From Amphiscolops sp. MND2022 (lineage: Eukaryota), in contig OZ076413.1 of NCBI GenBank assembly GCA_964187785.1, positions 46,812,001 through 46,876,000 on the forward strand: a stretch of 64,000 bases of DNA, in the 5' to 3' direction. Positions 48,701 to 60,670 of the stretch are shown piece after piece. Made by a program: the position numbers and the translations under genes. The first letter of the stretch is position 1, and each line of letters opens with the position of its first letter. The notes under the pieces were generated by a model, which did not search any database, was not told the origin of the DNA, and saw only the letters and a list, made by a program, of their open reading frames with translations.

Positions 48701-50828
48701 TGTTTTTACATCGGTAAGTCGCATAGTGCCGAAAAAACGTAAAGTAGCCATCTATGCTGGAAAAATGCTTTGTTTCTGCCGAAAGTCGTGGGAGTTTAGG
48801 TTTGAACAAAATCTGAAAAAGTAGCATAGTGCCGAAAAATTCTAAAGTGTGCACCAGTGAATTGACTCGTGTACTGAAAACCGTGTATCGTGTTTTTCGT
48901 ATACTTTCCCATAAAGCATCGGTATCGTGTACGGAAAAGCATCATGTACGGTACCGTGTATCGACTGTAAAAATTCAAGTTTATGAAAATTCATTCAGAT
49001 TCATGAAAACTCATCAGTTCCACAGGATCAAAAAGTAACGAAGAGGTCACCCCTAAGACTAGGGAAACATATGTTTCCCGAGTCTTAGGGGTGACCTCTT
49101 CGTTACTTTTTGATCCTGTGGAACTGACGAGTTTTTATAATGATTGTGGATAAGGCATTTTTCCAGCTTTTTTCAGCTCTGTGTGTCTTTTTTTTCCGAA
49201 AATTTCATTTGGTGGAAGGGTACACCCTCGCTTTCATAGCTGATTTTGGCTTCAGAAAACTAGTTTTGCTACCTGAAAGATCCTTTTTCTATGACTCTTC
49301 CAAATAAAGTCGAAAAAAAATTCAAAAATGGATTTTTTTTCCAGTTGGGGAAAAATTTGTTCCCGTGTTTCATGCGTATCGGTTTGTGTTTTTTCGGCAC
49401 AGAGAAATTGATAAAAGTTCAAAAATAGTGTCTTTTGCATATTTAAGAAACTTGGTTTTTTCAAACTTAGCGGGGCGCCAACTTGGGCCGGTCCAAGCTT
49501 GTTCTAACTTTGGACTGCTTCATCAACAGCTTTTTTGGCTCGATTGTTGTATGCTCGATCGACTCCCTTAATTTAGGAAAGCTTTGAATGTTTTCTAAAT
49601 CAGAAGTTTTAGAAATATCGAGCTCAAAGGGGAAAGAAATCTCTAATTTAAATGAATTAGCATTGGTATTTTAGCAATGAAAAACGGCGATCATTATCTC
49701 ATTGAGACAAAAATTATGCCACTGGATTCTAGGCAATCTGCAGAACCCATATAATCCAACATTCAAATTTTTCAAACATATGCTCAAAACTGAGAAAATA
49801 TGACAGGTTCTTTCTGTGCTCGAAAACCTAACCAATGCTCCAATCAATTATGAAAGTGAGGGCAAATAAACAATTCGAAATGGTTGATAACGACGCTAAG
49901 CATATAGGGGGACGATTTCCTAATCAGATGAATGTATGCGACTAAATATTTTGGCATTTTTCTAAACTTTACACATTGTTAGGAATTTCCTGACAAAATA
50001 GACGAAATTGGCAACTTTTGCTCTTTTCTCAAAAAACTTGGATACCCGGCTGCAATTTAGCTTAAAAAATTTTAAAAAAGGCTTCTTGATATTTAAAAAT
50101 TACATTCAAAAACAAGAAAAAGTTGAGCCTTTTAAAAACTGAGTGAAAGAGTAAATTGGTGTTTTGCATATGCACTTTGAGCCCTAATTTCAATTTTGAA
50201 CCCAATTTATTCATATATTCCCAAGACTTTCAGCAAAAATTTAGGTACATAATTCAGCGATGTTTAGCAGATAGAACTTATCGTTTTTCAAATTAACATG
50301 GAGCATTTTGTTGACCGCAGTAACTTCGAGGATTCTTATTTGAATGCAGGCCAACATTGGTTTTTTTTAAAAAAAAAACTAGTTTACTTCATGTCAATAA
50401 AAAAGCCCCTTGCTGCGTGTTAAGCTCGATGCTAAAAGAAGACAAATATGGAAAAACCACAGTTTAGTGTTGTAGAAAAATACTCCAGCTGGTGCAGAAA
50501 TAGTCAACAGAAATGTGATTACCATGTGTTGAGGTATCTCTGCCTCTACTCGCATCATTTTGGTGTCGTGATCCAGAGAAGCGCTTTTGGCAACTTTGTT
50601 TTTCTGCGATTGGTTGTTTGCATTGTTATTGTTCTGAGCAGAAGAGCTTGGCTCGGTGGTCATTGCAAAACCCACCTCCTTTCCAGGCAGGGATTGGTCA
50701 TTGTAACAAGGGGCATCAGGGGGGAGGGTAGATGTACTTGCACTGGGGCCAGCGTCACTTCCGCTAGGAGGCGCTGAGGAACCAGCAGCTGCTCCAACTT
50801 CATCTTCCGAGACTGCTGGGTCTTCCAT
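42574..50828 (-). CDS. AdipoR: Adiponectin receptor / PAQR class I (7TM, Zn-binding, ceramidase-like), 7 coding exons, 494 aa
   Basis: join(50828-50523, 47422-47255, 46627-46490, 44617-44280, 43977-43790, 43517-43324, 42726-42574) = 1485 nt with GT-AG introns and consistent phases. Motifs LPDWLRDNDYL.GHRPP, HTETGNIWTH, SWLFHT..CHS, KLDYVGI, RIPERFFPGKFDIW, SHQIFH. Confidence 0.93.
43324..43517 (-). CDS. AdipoR: AdipoR coding exon 6
   Basis: MYIVLGLSAIVP...RIPERFFPGKFDIW. Confidence 0.95.
43790..43977 (-). CDS. AdipoR: AdipoR coding exon 5
   Basis: LDYVGIAVLVVGSFVPWLYYGFYC...FRPLRA. Confidence 0.95.
44280..44617 (-). CDS. AdipoR: AdipoR coding exon 4
   Basis: VIAFQHLPDWLRDNDYL...HTETGNIWTH...FHTLHCHS. 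Confidence 0.95.
45144..45690. mobile_element. Foldback-type MITE in AdipoR intron 3, 547 bp
   Basis: 8-bp TSD CTCCAATC (45136-43, 45691-98); GG...CC ends; ~100-bp TIRs built from AAATAACTTCTAAA repeats. Confidence 0.9.
46490..46627 (-). CDS. AdipoR: AdipoR coding exon 3
   Basis: tgccag| IRHMSMPEG...KYKEWK |gtaaca; 138 nt. An alternative in-frame acceptor lies 15 nt upstream. Confidence 0.8.
47255..47422 (-). CDS. AdipoR: AdipoR coding exon 2
   Basis: ttttcag| EFVCSTAQ...KWKCFPE |gtgagt; 168 nt, phase 0/0. Confidence 0.72.
47952..48045 (+). other. tRNA-like A/B-box cassette within a repeat
   Basis: TGGCCTAGTGGTTAAAGCG ... GGGTTCCAGTC. A related reverse copy lies at ~54808-54880. Confidence 0.5.
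48093..48612. mobile_element. hAT-type MITE, 520 bp
   Basis: TIR CAGTGAATTGAC / GTCAATTCACTG; 8-bp TSD GTGCCCAC / GTGCACAC (1 mismatch). Confidence 0.85.
48468..48999. repeat. Inverted duplication, ~175-bp arms (48468-48642 / 48825-48999)
   Basis: Mirror ORFs 48489+ and 48978- (MNFYSRYTVPY...) and direct reverse-complement reading. Confidence 0.92.
49006..49135. repeat. 130-bp spacerless palindrome
   Basis: Centre AAACAT|ATGTTT at 49070/49071; 65-bp arms with 2 mismatches. Confidence 0.95.
50523..50828 (-). CDS. AdipoR: AdipoR coding exon 1 (disordered N-terminus MEDPAVSEDEV...)
   Basis: In-frame TAA at 50846-44 upstream of the ATG; donor GTAATC; 102 codons. Linkage to the gene rests on phase and composition, not on recognised homology. 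Confidence 0.7.
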
Positions 50829-53800
50829 AGCAACGAACAAACATTAACTGAAAGATACACCGCTTCTGAGAAACGATCACAGAGGAAGGATTTGCCATCA
50901 ATTATTCACCACTCAAACAACCACATTCATCGGAGGAAAGGTATAATAAATAAACGCAGAAAAAAAGTTGGAAGTAATCAATTTTCAGGGAGGGATTTTC
51001 ATAATAGCGTAATACATTATTTCCAAACGGCAGAATACTGAAGAGTATTACGCAATTGAACAGCTACAAAGTGGAGCTAATAAGTTTTCACTAATGATTT
51101 TTGAAAATTCAGCCGTAACAATCAATAAAAATCGTGACTACTCGACTAACATTAACACGACTAAGATACTAACATTAACTGTACATATAACAGTAAAATT
51201 CCGGTTGGAAAATGTAGAAATGGCTTATAGCATAGCGTTGTGCAGCAATTTCCTTATGAAAAGACGCGTAACTCGGAAGCCACTGATGAAACCCAACTTT
51301 CATCAATACCCTTTTATAAATACCACCCTCACACTTTCAATCAATAATCGAAAAAGTAAAACTGTCAATGACGCACGTCAAAAATACGTGGAGCTCCGCC
51401 TACGTAAGCAACATCAAGTGGTATGAAAAACAGATCTAATAGTGCAGTGACAAAGAGTGCATGGAATCGTCAGCTTTGCAGGCAGATTTACCTTAATGCT
51501 GAGACGTAGACAAACTTTACTTTGATTGGAAAAGCTTAGCAAAATGACCTTGAGCGAACGAAACTAATTTAGAAAAGCTCAAAATTGACTTAACATTAAC
51601 ATTCAGAGGGAAACTGCAGAGATAGGAGGCAAACAGTCGTATGCAATATATACGGACGACAAAAAACGTTCTTCTAAACATTTTTCAGACATAGGGATAA
51701 AAATCAAGAACCAAAGCGGAATTTAGGATGACGCAATTGATTTTACGCGATTGTTATTCATCCTGGAAAGTTTCAAGTCAAAAGGATGCGTTTCCGAAAA
51801 ATTTTTGAAATGAAAAATGCTCCAGTGCTCAGTGAATGAATGTTATTATTATCAATGAAAACCATCTTTCAATATCAGATTAATATTTAAATATTGATAT
51901 GAAGATTGCTAACTCTGCTGGTATTAAATGCAGCTGAAATAGTTCAATATTCAAGAAAAAAATTATGAAGAAAGGTCTAATTGTTGTAAATATCAAGTTC
52001 CCCGATCAGCATTCAATACGCGCAGCAATAAAAATAGCAATTTTTCAATCTTTCAATTCAAGCGTGTTCACTGCTTAACAATGATTCGAATTCATAGGCC
52101 AAAGAATTACAATCCCGTCATTTGTTTTTATGACTCAAAACGAGATATTTTCAGGTGGTTAAAACCATCCACTCATTTGAAAACACAGCAAAATCTTCAG
52201 CACAGAACGATGCATGCCAAAAAAGTAGCAGCCACAAAGTTGCACAGCTCCGAGATACAGGTTCAAGGACATGTCCACTACCTTCAATCATGCCTATACA
52301 AAAGTTGAATCCACTGTTGTAAAGCTGTGTCTATCACAAAGTAATTTGTAACTTTAACCCAATAAAATATAATGCTGAAAGCGATAGAGATCGAGATAAT
52401 TCTTCATATCAATTTTAGCGCCCTTTGTTTTTGACTGTCTTTTCTTCTTTTTCCAATGTGGCGAAGACTCATTCTGTGTTTTTACGGCAGGTACTGAAGA
52501 TTTAAGGATAGTGGCAGTAGAATATCAGTTATTGAGGTTGATCGCGTGTCCCATCAGGACCATATAATGGCCCAGACTCCGATTTCAAATTGGCTCCTTA
52601 CAAATTGTGAACAAATCGAGCGTATACACAATCACCGAAATAATGGATCCATTTAATACCCATTAAATGGTGCCATCAAATTTCCCAAATGATTATATCA
52701 GTGGAGAGGAAGACTCATCCCATGTCCAAACTGGATGTTAATATTTTTGAAATGAGTGCAATGTTCTTAGTTATACAACATACAGTTGAATAAACTTTCC
52801 TCTAGTTTCCTGAGAATGAATACCTAATAACTCCATTGCAATAATTCCCAGAAGTTTGGTAAATGGGCAACAATATGTTCCTGAACGTTTTCAGACTAAA
52901 AGGTAATATGCGTTAAATTTCCCATGGCGTTTTTACCCAAAATTTGATGAATGAAAGACGAATGACGAATGAAAAATCAATAAAATTGACCAGGAAACAA
53001 ACATTTGTTTACTAAGCGTTACTTATTGTGGGCATCCTCGTATTCTGATAAAGTATTGAAGAAAGTATTGAGTCGTTTTATGGCGTGAAGCACGAAATGG
53101 TTCTTTTGACGTTTGTCGAAGGAAAACGAGCGAAATGGTCAGTAATGCTTGACCAAATTTGATGTAATGAAGGCTATAAAACAAGCGTTGAGAATACGTT
53201 TCATGCAATTTTGAGTTGCAATAAAGAACGAAAAACAAGAGGACCAAAATGATGTAAAAGAAGAGAATTTTAAAATGTTCGAACTTGTTAAAATGTTTCA
53301 TGGCACCTGTCATAACAATAAAACTTTTCGTTTTGGCAAAATCTGCAGCTTTTATATTCCAATTCATATCTTGGGAGAGCCAAGTCTCCAAGCCGGGAAG
53401 TAGGCGCTCGTGTAAGGCTCAAAAACAAAATTATGCTGAGAGTCAATTATCTCAGTGAAAATTCTCATCACCCTGACAGTAACAAACAAGACGGGAACGT
53501 CCAAAGTCGGTGCTATATCCAAGGCTCAAAAAGTTTTGTAAAAGGGGGGACCCTTTGGGCTTTTTCAAAATCCATTCAGTTGCAAAATATCAAAAAAATC
53601 GAAGGGGGACCGAGACATTTAAAAATTTCGAAAAGAAAGTCTCAAAGCCGAAAAAAGGGACGGTGAAAGTCTCATAGTGCCGAAAAAAATGGAAAGGGGG
53701 AAAGGGATGCGTTCAAAGTCAAGTACTAAGTACTTCTGGTAAAAGAAACTAGAAAAGCTCGGACTAAAAAAACCATTGGGGTACTTCTGAGAAAACAGTT

Positions 53801-53921
53801 CTAAGCTGAAAACATCGAAAAACCATGCTGAAAACCCCAAAGGCTTTTAGGCTAGCAAAACGCTTTCTCCAAACTAACAAACATTAAAAACTGGAGGAAT
53901 GGAATAAAATTTTGGTGAAAT

Positions 53922-54728
53922 AAAACAAGCCAGGACCGGCCCAAGTCGGTGCCATATCCAAGGCTCAAAAATAGCAAAACTACTTCCAAGTGTCAATTTA
54001 CAGTACTCGAAAATCGAAAAACCAAAAAATGGACCGAGTGGCGCGCCGGGGCCCGCTAGCGCGAGCCTCTGGCGCGCTAAAAGGGGTACACTTCCGAAAT
54101 TGTCAACATTTTTGTCGCAGTTGAAGGGGGGACCCTTTGAAGAAAAAACAAATTTTCGAAAAAAAAGTCTCACAATGCCGAAAAACTGAAAGGGGGGACC
54201 GTTGGGATTTTTAAACACCCAATCTGCTGTAAAATATCAAAAAAATTGAAGAGGGAACCCTTTGGAGAAAAAATTTTTAGAAAAAAGTCTCACAATGCCG
54301 AAAAACTGAAAGGGGGGACCCTTTGGGGTTTTTCAACATCCATTCTGTCGCAAAACATCAAAAAATTGAAGGGGGAAATTTTTATTTTCGGAAAAAATCT
54401 CACAGTGCCGAAAAAAACTGAAAAGGGGGACCCTTTGGGATTTCCAACATCCATTCTGTCGCAAAACAGCAAAAAAATTGAAGGGGGATCCTTTGGGGAA
54501 AAATTTTTTCCGAAAAAGTCGCAGTGCCGAAAAAAATTGAAAGGGGGGACCCTTTGGTCTCGCCCGGTATGGTATGTTACGCGGGAAAACAGGAAAAACC
54601 TTTTTGGTTCAGTTCGCTAGGCCAAATGGTGCAATAATATTTTGAAGAACTATTTTGGTAATTTCGTGTGGATTGAAAAAAAGTCACTATAATAGTCGCG
54701 TTTCACTTCATGAAGCGCAGAATAAAAA
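53922..54728 (-). mobile_element. Helentron/DINE-1-like element (AGTCGGCGC family) with ~4 copies of a ~120-bp repeat, nested in a related element starting at 53484
   Basis: AAACAAG terminus, AGTCGGTGC subTIR (53944), distal AGTCGCG...GCGCAGAAT fold-back; array of AAAGTCTCACAATGCCGAAAAACTGAAAGGGGGGACCCTTTGGG units at 54100-54560. Confidence 0.75.
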
Positions 54729-56037
54729 TCGAAAAGTCGAGCGTGTCGAAAAAATATCGAAGGGGGTATTTTATAGTCTCGCTTACCTTGACAAATATAG
54801 AAGGCATTAGTCCAGCCCGTGATTCGAATCTTCGTATTCCTGCTCCACCGGTAACGCACGATATCCACTAGGCCAAGTGAACGGTATGAAACCACTAACG
54901 ACGTTGAACAAAAATTGGCCATTACAGTGACAAATGGCGATTGAAAAACTTACCATCGTGAAGCTCTTAATTTAGGAAAACAAAATCCGCCTGCTTTTCC
55001 GCAGATTGTATGTATGCTTTCCTGCTTTGGAAGGTTTTCAAGGCTCATCATTCTCAAGGAAAAATTCCGCACAAGGTACAGGCTTTTCAGGGAAAGTAAT
55101 GCGGCACCCTAGACAACAGTCTATTTGACTACAAATAAGTTAAATTTGTGTCCGGAAAAATATCCGAAACAAAATAACGTCATCAAGATAATTTGATAAC
55201 GTAGTCAGCATACCTCTAGAGCCCTAAATGCAGAAGCGAACTTATCGGCGTCGATAGGTGGTCCGCTTTGAAATCCCCGGTTGAAAGAATTTAGGACAGA
55301 GAATAAAATCGCATCAGTCGACCGCAGTTTTATAGAAACGTCCACGGAACGCATAACCAATTTATCAGAACCAATTTATCAGGGGAAAATTAGGTCGCGA
55401 TTTTATATTACCTATAATAAGCAACGCTTTCTAACATCAAAGAGAGCTACTACAGCACACGAGCGTCGATTCGATGTCAAACTAAATTTTTCAAAATGCG
55501 TCGAGCGGCCCACTGAGAAATAGGGGAATGCAGGCGAAGCTCTCGGCGTACGAATATTTACCAATCGGTCGCTTCGTCTCTATAAAAGCGCTGTTCCGAA
55601 AAATAAGATGAGCAAAACTAGCAGCGGCGACTAAACGGAACAATGGAAGTCCAGACGAAACTACCATACTGTTTTAATGAATTGGACCTCTGATTGTAAT
55701 AATTGATTTGGACTCGATTTAAGGAGACCAAAATCTTCTGAACGAAAAAGAATTTTCGAAAACTTTAAAATTAAAATTTTCTTAGAATTTAATGTTGATT
55801 ACAAACATTTGTTCGAAAATTCTGAGATCAATATACAAAATTTTAGAAACTATGCATTTTACTAGTGATTTCGTTTCTATTTTTTAGTTCAAATTTCGAA
55901 AGCCTTGAGAGTTGAAAAAAAATCGTTTTTAATCTTTCAGACGCTTTTTCAACAAAAGTATCCACTGAAATAATTATTGCAGAATTTGAAAAGAAACATT
56001 CTTGACCGGACATTCAAGAAATGTTAATGCAATGTAT

Positions 56038-57216
56038 TACAGAGGCGAAGCTGTGCTTCGCAAACACTTGCGAACTTTTGAAGAAAACCAAATAAGCAAT
56101 ATCATACGGAGAACCAAGGGTAAAAGGACATTGAATTTTCATCAATTTTACACCGCCGAAAAATACCTGAAGGGATACGTATAAATCTCGAAAACCATTC
56201 TTCCCCAACTGAAAACAGCAAAAACCCCATCTTTCTCAACGAAAAACCTTTGAAAAAACAGAAAATTGAGAAAAAAATTTCGAAATTTTTTGAAAATATT
56301 TTTGATGGTCTCCGGTAAGTCGCATAGTGCCGAAAACCTTGAGGAGTTCTTAACTCTCGCAAAACGTTTTTTTTTGGTAAAAACTGAGGAGCGGCTTCGG
56401 TGAAACAAATTTAAAAAGTCGCATAGGAAAAACACCGGTCTTTTTTGAAAAAAAATCAGATATAGCATGCTGGGCCTGAAAAAACCTAATTTTAACACGA
56501 AAATTATTCCTTTTGAAAAATCTCAAAATGCCGGAAACTGTGAAAGAGGGGACCCTTTGAGATTTTTTAACATCCATTCTGTTGCAAAATGTCAAAAAAA
56601 ATTAAGGGGACTCTTTGGAGTCTTTAAAAAATTTTTGAAAAAAACGAGAAATTTTAATGGCAGCCTCATAGTGCCGAAAAATCTGAAAAAACGGACCCTT
56701 TGGGATTTTTTAACATTCGTTCTGTTGCAAGGTATCAAACAAAGAGAAGTGTGGACCCTTTGTAGACATTAAAAATTTTTGAAAAAAAAAATGAGAAGGG
56801 AGTCATTAAAAAATTTTACAAATCAAAAAAATGAAAATTTTAAACAGTCTCATAGTGCCGAAAATTCTGAAAAAAGGGACCCTTTGGGATTTTTCAACAT
56901 TCGTTCTGTTGCAAAATATCAAAAAAATTGAAAGGAGGACTCTTTGGGGACATTTAAAAAATTTCGAAAAAAAAAGTCTCACAGCCGAAAAGTCTCATAG
57001 TGTCGAAAAAAGTGAGAACCTTCTGCTTCAGAGTACTTGTAAAAAAAATTAGCGCATACCCACGGGTTCGAACACGAAACCTCTGGGTTGGAAAGCAAGC
57101 ATCTTACCACTAGACCACGAACGCGTGAACCGTGCGACTTGCCGCGTGAAATGAAATGTCGCGCGGAAAAAAAGCACCCGCACTTTCCTATAACACTTGC
57201 TTATCGCAAGTGTAAA
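56038..57216 (-). mobile_element. Complete Helentron/DINE-1-like element (ACACTTGC family), ~1.18 kb
   Basis: Stem-loop GCGAAGC-tgt-GCTTCGC (56045-61), subTIR ACACTTGC (56064-71), terminal hairpin ACACTTGC-ttatc-GCAAGTGT (57193-57213); internal GGGACCCTTTGGG repeats. Confidence 0.78.
57043..57124 (-). other. tRNA-Gly(TCC)-like cassette with A box, B box and T8 terminator (not a functional tRNA)
   Basis: GCGTTCGTGGTCTAGTGGTAAGATGCTTGCTTTCCAACCCAGAGGTTTCGTGTTCGAACCCGTGGGTATGCGCTAATTTTTTTT; the anticodon stem does not pair. Confidence 0.7.
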
Positions 57217-57815
57217 GATAGGGCATAGAATTTAGTTTTGAGAGACCTATGTATAACTAGTTTTTCTTCAACTTTCTGTAAACAAAACATTCTCAGCAAT
57301 AGTGAATGGATTAGCTTCTGTCAATAAAACAAAATTGCAAAACTGGGTCTGTGAGACGTGTAAATTTGCAAAAACTTGCTCCTAGATTAGACTTTAGTAG
57401 TAAATACAAGTTGTTGAAAGTGATACAAAGCTACAAAATTGTTTGCAAAACCGATTCTGAAGTGTTTTCACAAATTTAATGATATTTGATCAAGCATTTT
57501 TTGATTACCTCCAAAATAACTCGGGTTTCCAGCTGATCTAACTTCAGTCCAAATCATTTTTACAATCAAGGGTCCAATTCATTTATTACAGTATGTTAGA
57601 AGTAACGGTTTCTATAACATTCCAGCTAACAAAGAAGCGCTGCTATCAGTAAAGCAGTATTCAACATGAAAATCAATGAATTGAGCAAAACTGGTCAAAA
57701 GTTGTCTCGAAACTGTCAACATTAAAATAATTATATGTATTAAATGATTTTCATTGTATCAGTTTTTTGCTCAAAAAAAACTGCAGAAACACAAAAAACT
57801 AAACATAAAAATTAG

Positions 57816-58095
57816 AATAAGACGCCCGCTAAGCACCGGGATATTTTCCGCCTTGTCAGAAAACAAATCAAGCGGAGCCGAGATTCGAACCCATTGCCTA
57901 CTGATTGATAGTAACTGAAATAGTCAAGTAACTAAAAGATGGAGATCATGGAGATGACAAATAACTGAAATAGACAAGTAACTAAAATAGTCAAGTAACT
58001 AAAAGATGGAGATCGTGGAGATTTGGCAGAATTTGGAAAAAAACGCAACACAGATTATGATTCCCCCCACCCATTATGTTGGCGGAAAATAACAA
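57816..58095 (-). mobile_element. Mini Helentron-like element (ATTTTCCGCC family) with internal GTAACTGAAATAGTCAA / ATGGAGATC repeats
   Basis: CCCG-ctaagcac-CGGG stem-loop, ATTTTCCGCC (57843-52) and GGCGGAAAAT (58081-90); B-box fragment GATTCGAACCC at ~57882. Confidence 0.75.
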
Positions 58096-58560
58096 TAAAA
58101 CTTGCGAATGTCATCACCTAACTTTCAATTCGTCTCTGAGATAAAGTGAAACTACTTGGGAACAACATAAGTTGGCAATTAATGTATTTCAATTCGTTAC
58201 GGAATTGTTTGAGAAAATCTTGGAATCTCAAAATACCGAAAAATACTCTTGCCTTTTTTGGTGAAAACATCAAAAAATTAAATTCCCTTTCGATTAAATC
58301 TTTTTAAATAGAATGGCAGTGCCAAAAAACTCATTAAATTATGTAATTTTGGCCCTCTTTAAATCTTCGGCTTACAGTACTTTCAGCATTATCTTTTTGG
58401 TCACCATGACCAGAGACCAGATTTTAAAAACACTATAACAGCTATGAAATTTGAAACTATGACAGGTTTGAAAATGTTAGTTAACAAGATATGTCACTGT
58501 GTTTCCTCTCAATGTCACAAGTCGAAGGAATCTAACAAATAGCACTGACAAAATAGCATA

Positions 58561-58732
58561 CAGTGGAAGCCGCTCATATGCGACGCATCGGGACCGGGTA
58601 TTCCTGTCTACTGTATCCGTTGTCTCTGTATCAGTAGTACAATTGACCGGGCCGGGTAGGCCAGGGGACCGAAATATACGAGCCAATTAAGCGTTGTCTC
58701 ATAGGCGTGTCCCATATAAGCGAATTCCACTG
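58561..58732. mobile_element. Tc1/mariner (pogo-like) MITE, 172 bp
   Basis: TIR CAGTGGAAGCCGCTCATATGCGAC vs CAGTGGAATTCGCTTATATGGGAC; TA on the left, CA (mutated TA?) on the right. Confidence 0.75.
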
Positions 58733-60020
58733 CATTTACAAGACAAGACTGACGAAAAAACATCTCTTAATGTAAGAGCTGAAGAAAATATGAACGTACT
58801 GAAGGTGAACAAATTTACAAAGCTTTTTACAGTCATCTACAGAATATATATTTATATCTAATGTGATCAGATTTAACAAACTTATATTCACTTTACAACT
58901 TGTGAAGCTCGAGAAGCATCTAACTGTGGGTCTATAAATCGAATAACTTATACAAATACAATAGTCAGGGGTGAAAAAATTATTATTTGGTCACAAATAC
59001 TATTATAATAAAAAATCGGACCTACTAGCTTTTTCTACCAAAAAGATGATTCGTCTTTAACTTTTTGAGTAACCAGCTTTCAAAAAAACTCAGCGGAATC
59101 CCAAAAAGTCTTCAACGGTAATAATTTGCATCATCGAGCTGTTAGTTAGATAGGTATCTTTGTATTTTTAAAGGATCCTATATAAGATTTTTCATCGGAG
59201 CCTGTTTACTGCTCACCACTGACAGTAATACTGTCAAATGAACAAATGATTGCGCAAGACATCTTGATGCGAGTCACTGTTTCTGTTTATGGAGACGTAT
59301 CTCAATGACACTCATTGCGACAAAGGCGCAATTATTTGAAACAGTAGTATTAAAGGATAGAACTAGTTTTCATCGAAATTATGTCTGAAAACTGCAACAT
59401 CACAAAGACTTTGTATGTCTTTCGAAAAATTTCAAAGCTCTGTCTACAATATTGTTCGAACTGGGTGGTATCCGTGAAGTATATACATACGAAAACAGGA
59501 AGATGTTTTGTGGGGGCTGATATGATATGGCCTGTGTGATAGGATATGTATTGCAAGTAATCTACGAGATGGGGCTGAATTGATCCAGGTGCTTCAGGTG
59601 CGTGGCAGGCTTGGCAATGTACGATAGTTAACATCAGCATCCGTTATACATAGTAGAGTCGCACTCGAGACTTGTTTATGAGAATGTCTGCGTCGAAAAA
59701 ACTGGTCTCAATCACAATGTTACCACTGAAACATCGACACACTGGAATGACAATCCGACTTGGTCAATAAAAAATGTATGCAAAAACAACTCGTTTCAAA
59801 TTCAAGATCTGATTTTTACATTCATATTATTGGAAATAGACAAGCAAAAACATCCTATTTTCAAAAGCCAAGAAATTAGAGTACCATGTCAACACACTTT
59901 ATTGAATAAGACTGATATTCGGTTGGAAATAGACCTGAGCCATTCTGAACGTCATAGTTATATTTATTTTTGTTCAACAGATTTTTTTCGAAAAACAAAA
60001 ATTATTTCGTGCATTTTTCA

Positions 60021-60209
<189 letters not shown>

Positions 60210-60430
60210 CTACATCGAACCAACAGTCATTTTGCTACCATTTTAGATCATAAATTTTCTCTTCCAAGTGAAGAATTGAATCTAAAATGGAAAACAATGA
60301 ACTCATACAACTAGCAAGCAGTTCCGCATTGATAATTTCAAATAAATAAGCTATTACTTACGAGAAAGTAACAATCTAGAAATCATTTTTAAAAGATTTC
60401 CAAGAAAAGTCAACTTTAAGATTCGTGCTA

Positions 60431-60670
<240 letters not shown>

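Noticed and set aside
48363..48854. 163-aa ORF and other Lys/Phe-rich ORFs at 53-63 kb
   Set aside because: They are translations of inverted or tandem repeats with no domain signal.
49100..49140. Hammerhead ribozyme (CTGACGA core)
   Set aside because: The CTGA.GA lies inside a palindrome arm, with no stem II followed by GAAA in the required arrangement.
54100..54560. CRISPR-like regularly spaced repeats (also 34990-35390, 57910-58020, 62450-62820)
   Set aside because: The intervening sequences are themselves repeated, there are no cas genes, and the context is eukaryotic. These are TE-internal tandem repeats.
57052..57124. Functional tRNA-Gly gene
   Set aside because: Anticodon and acceptor stems pair poorly and the copies are divergent and embedded in a repeat.
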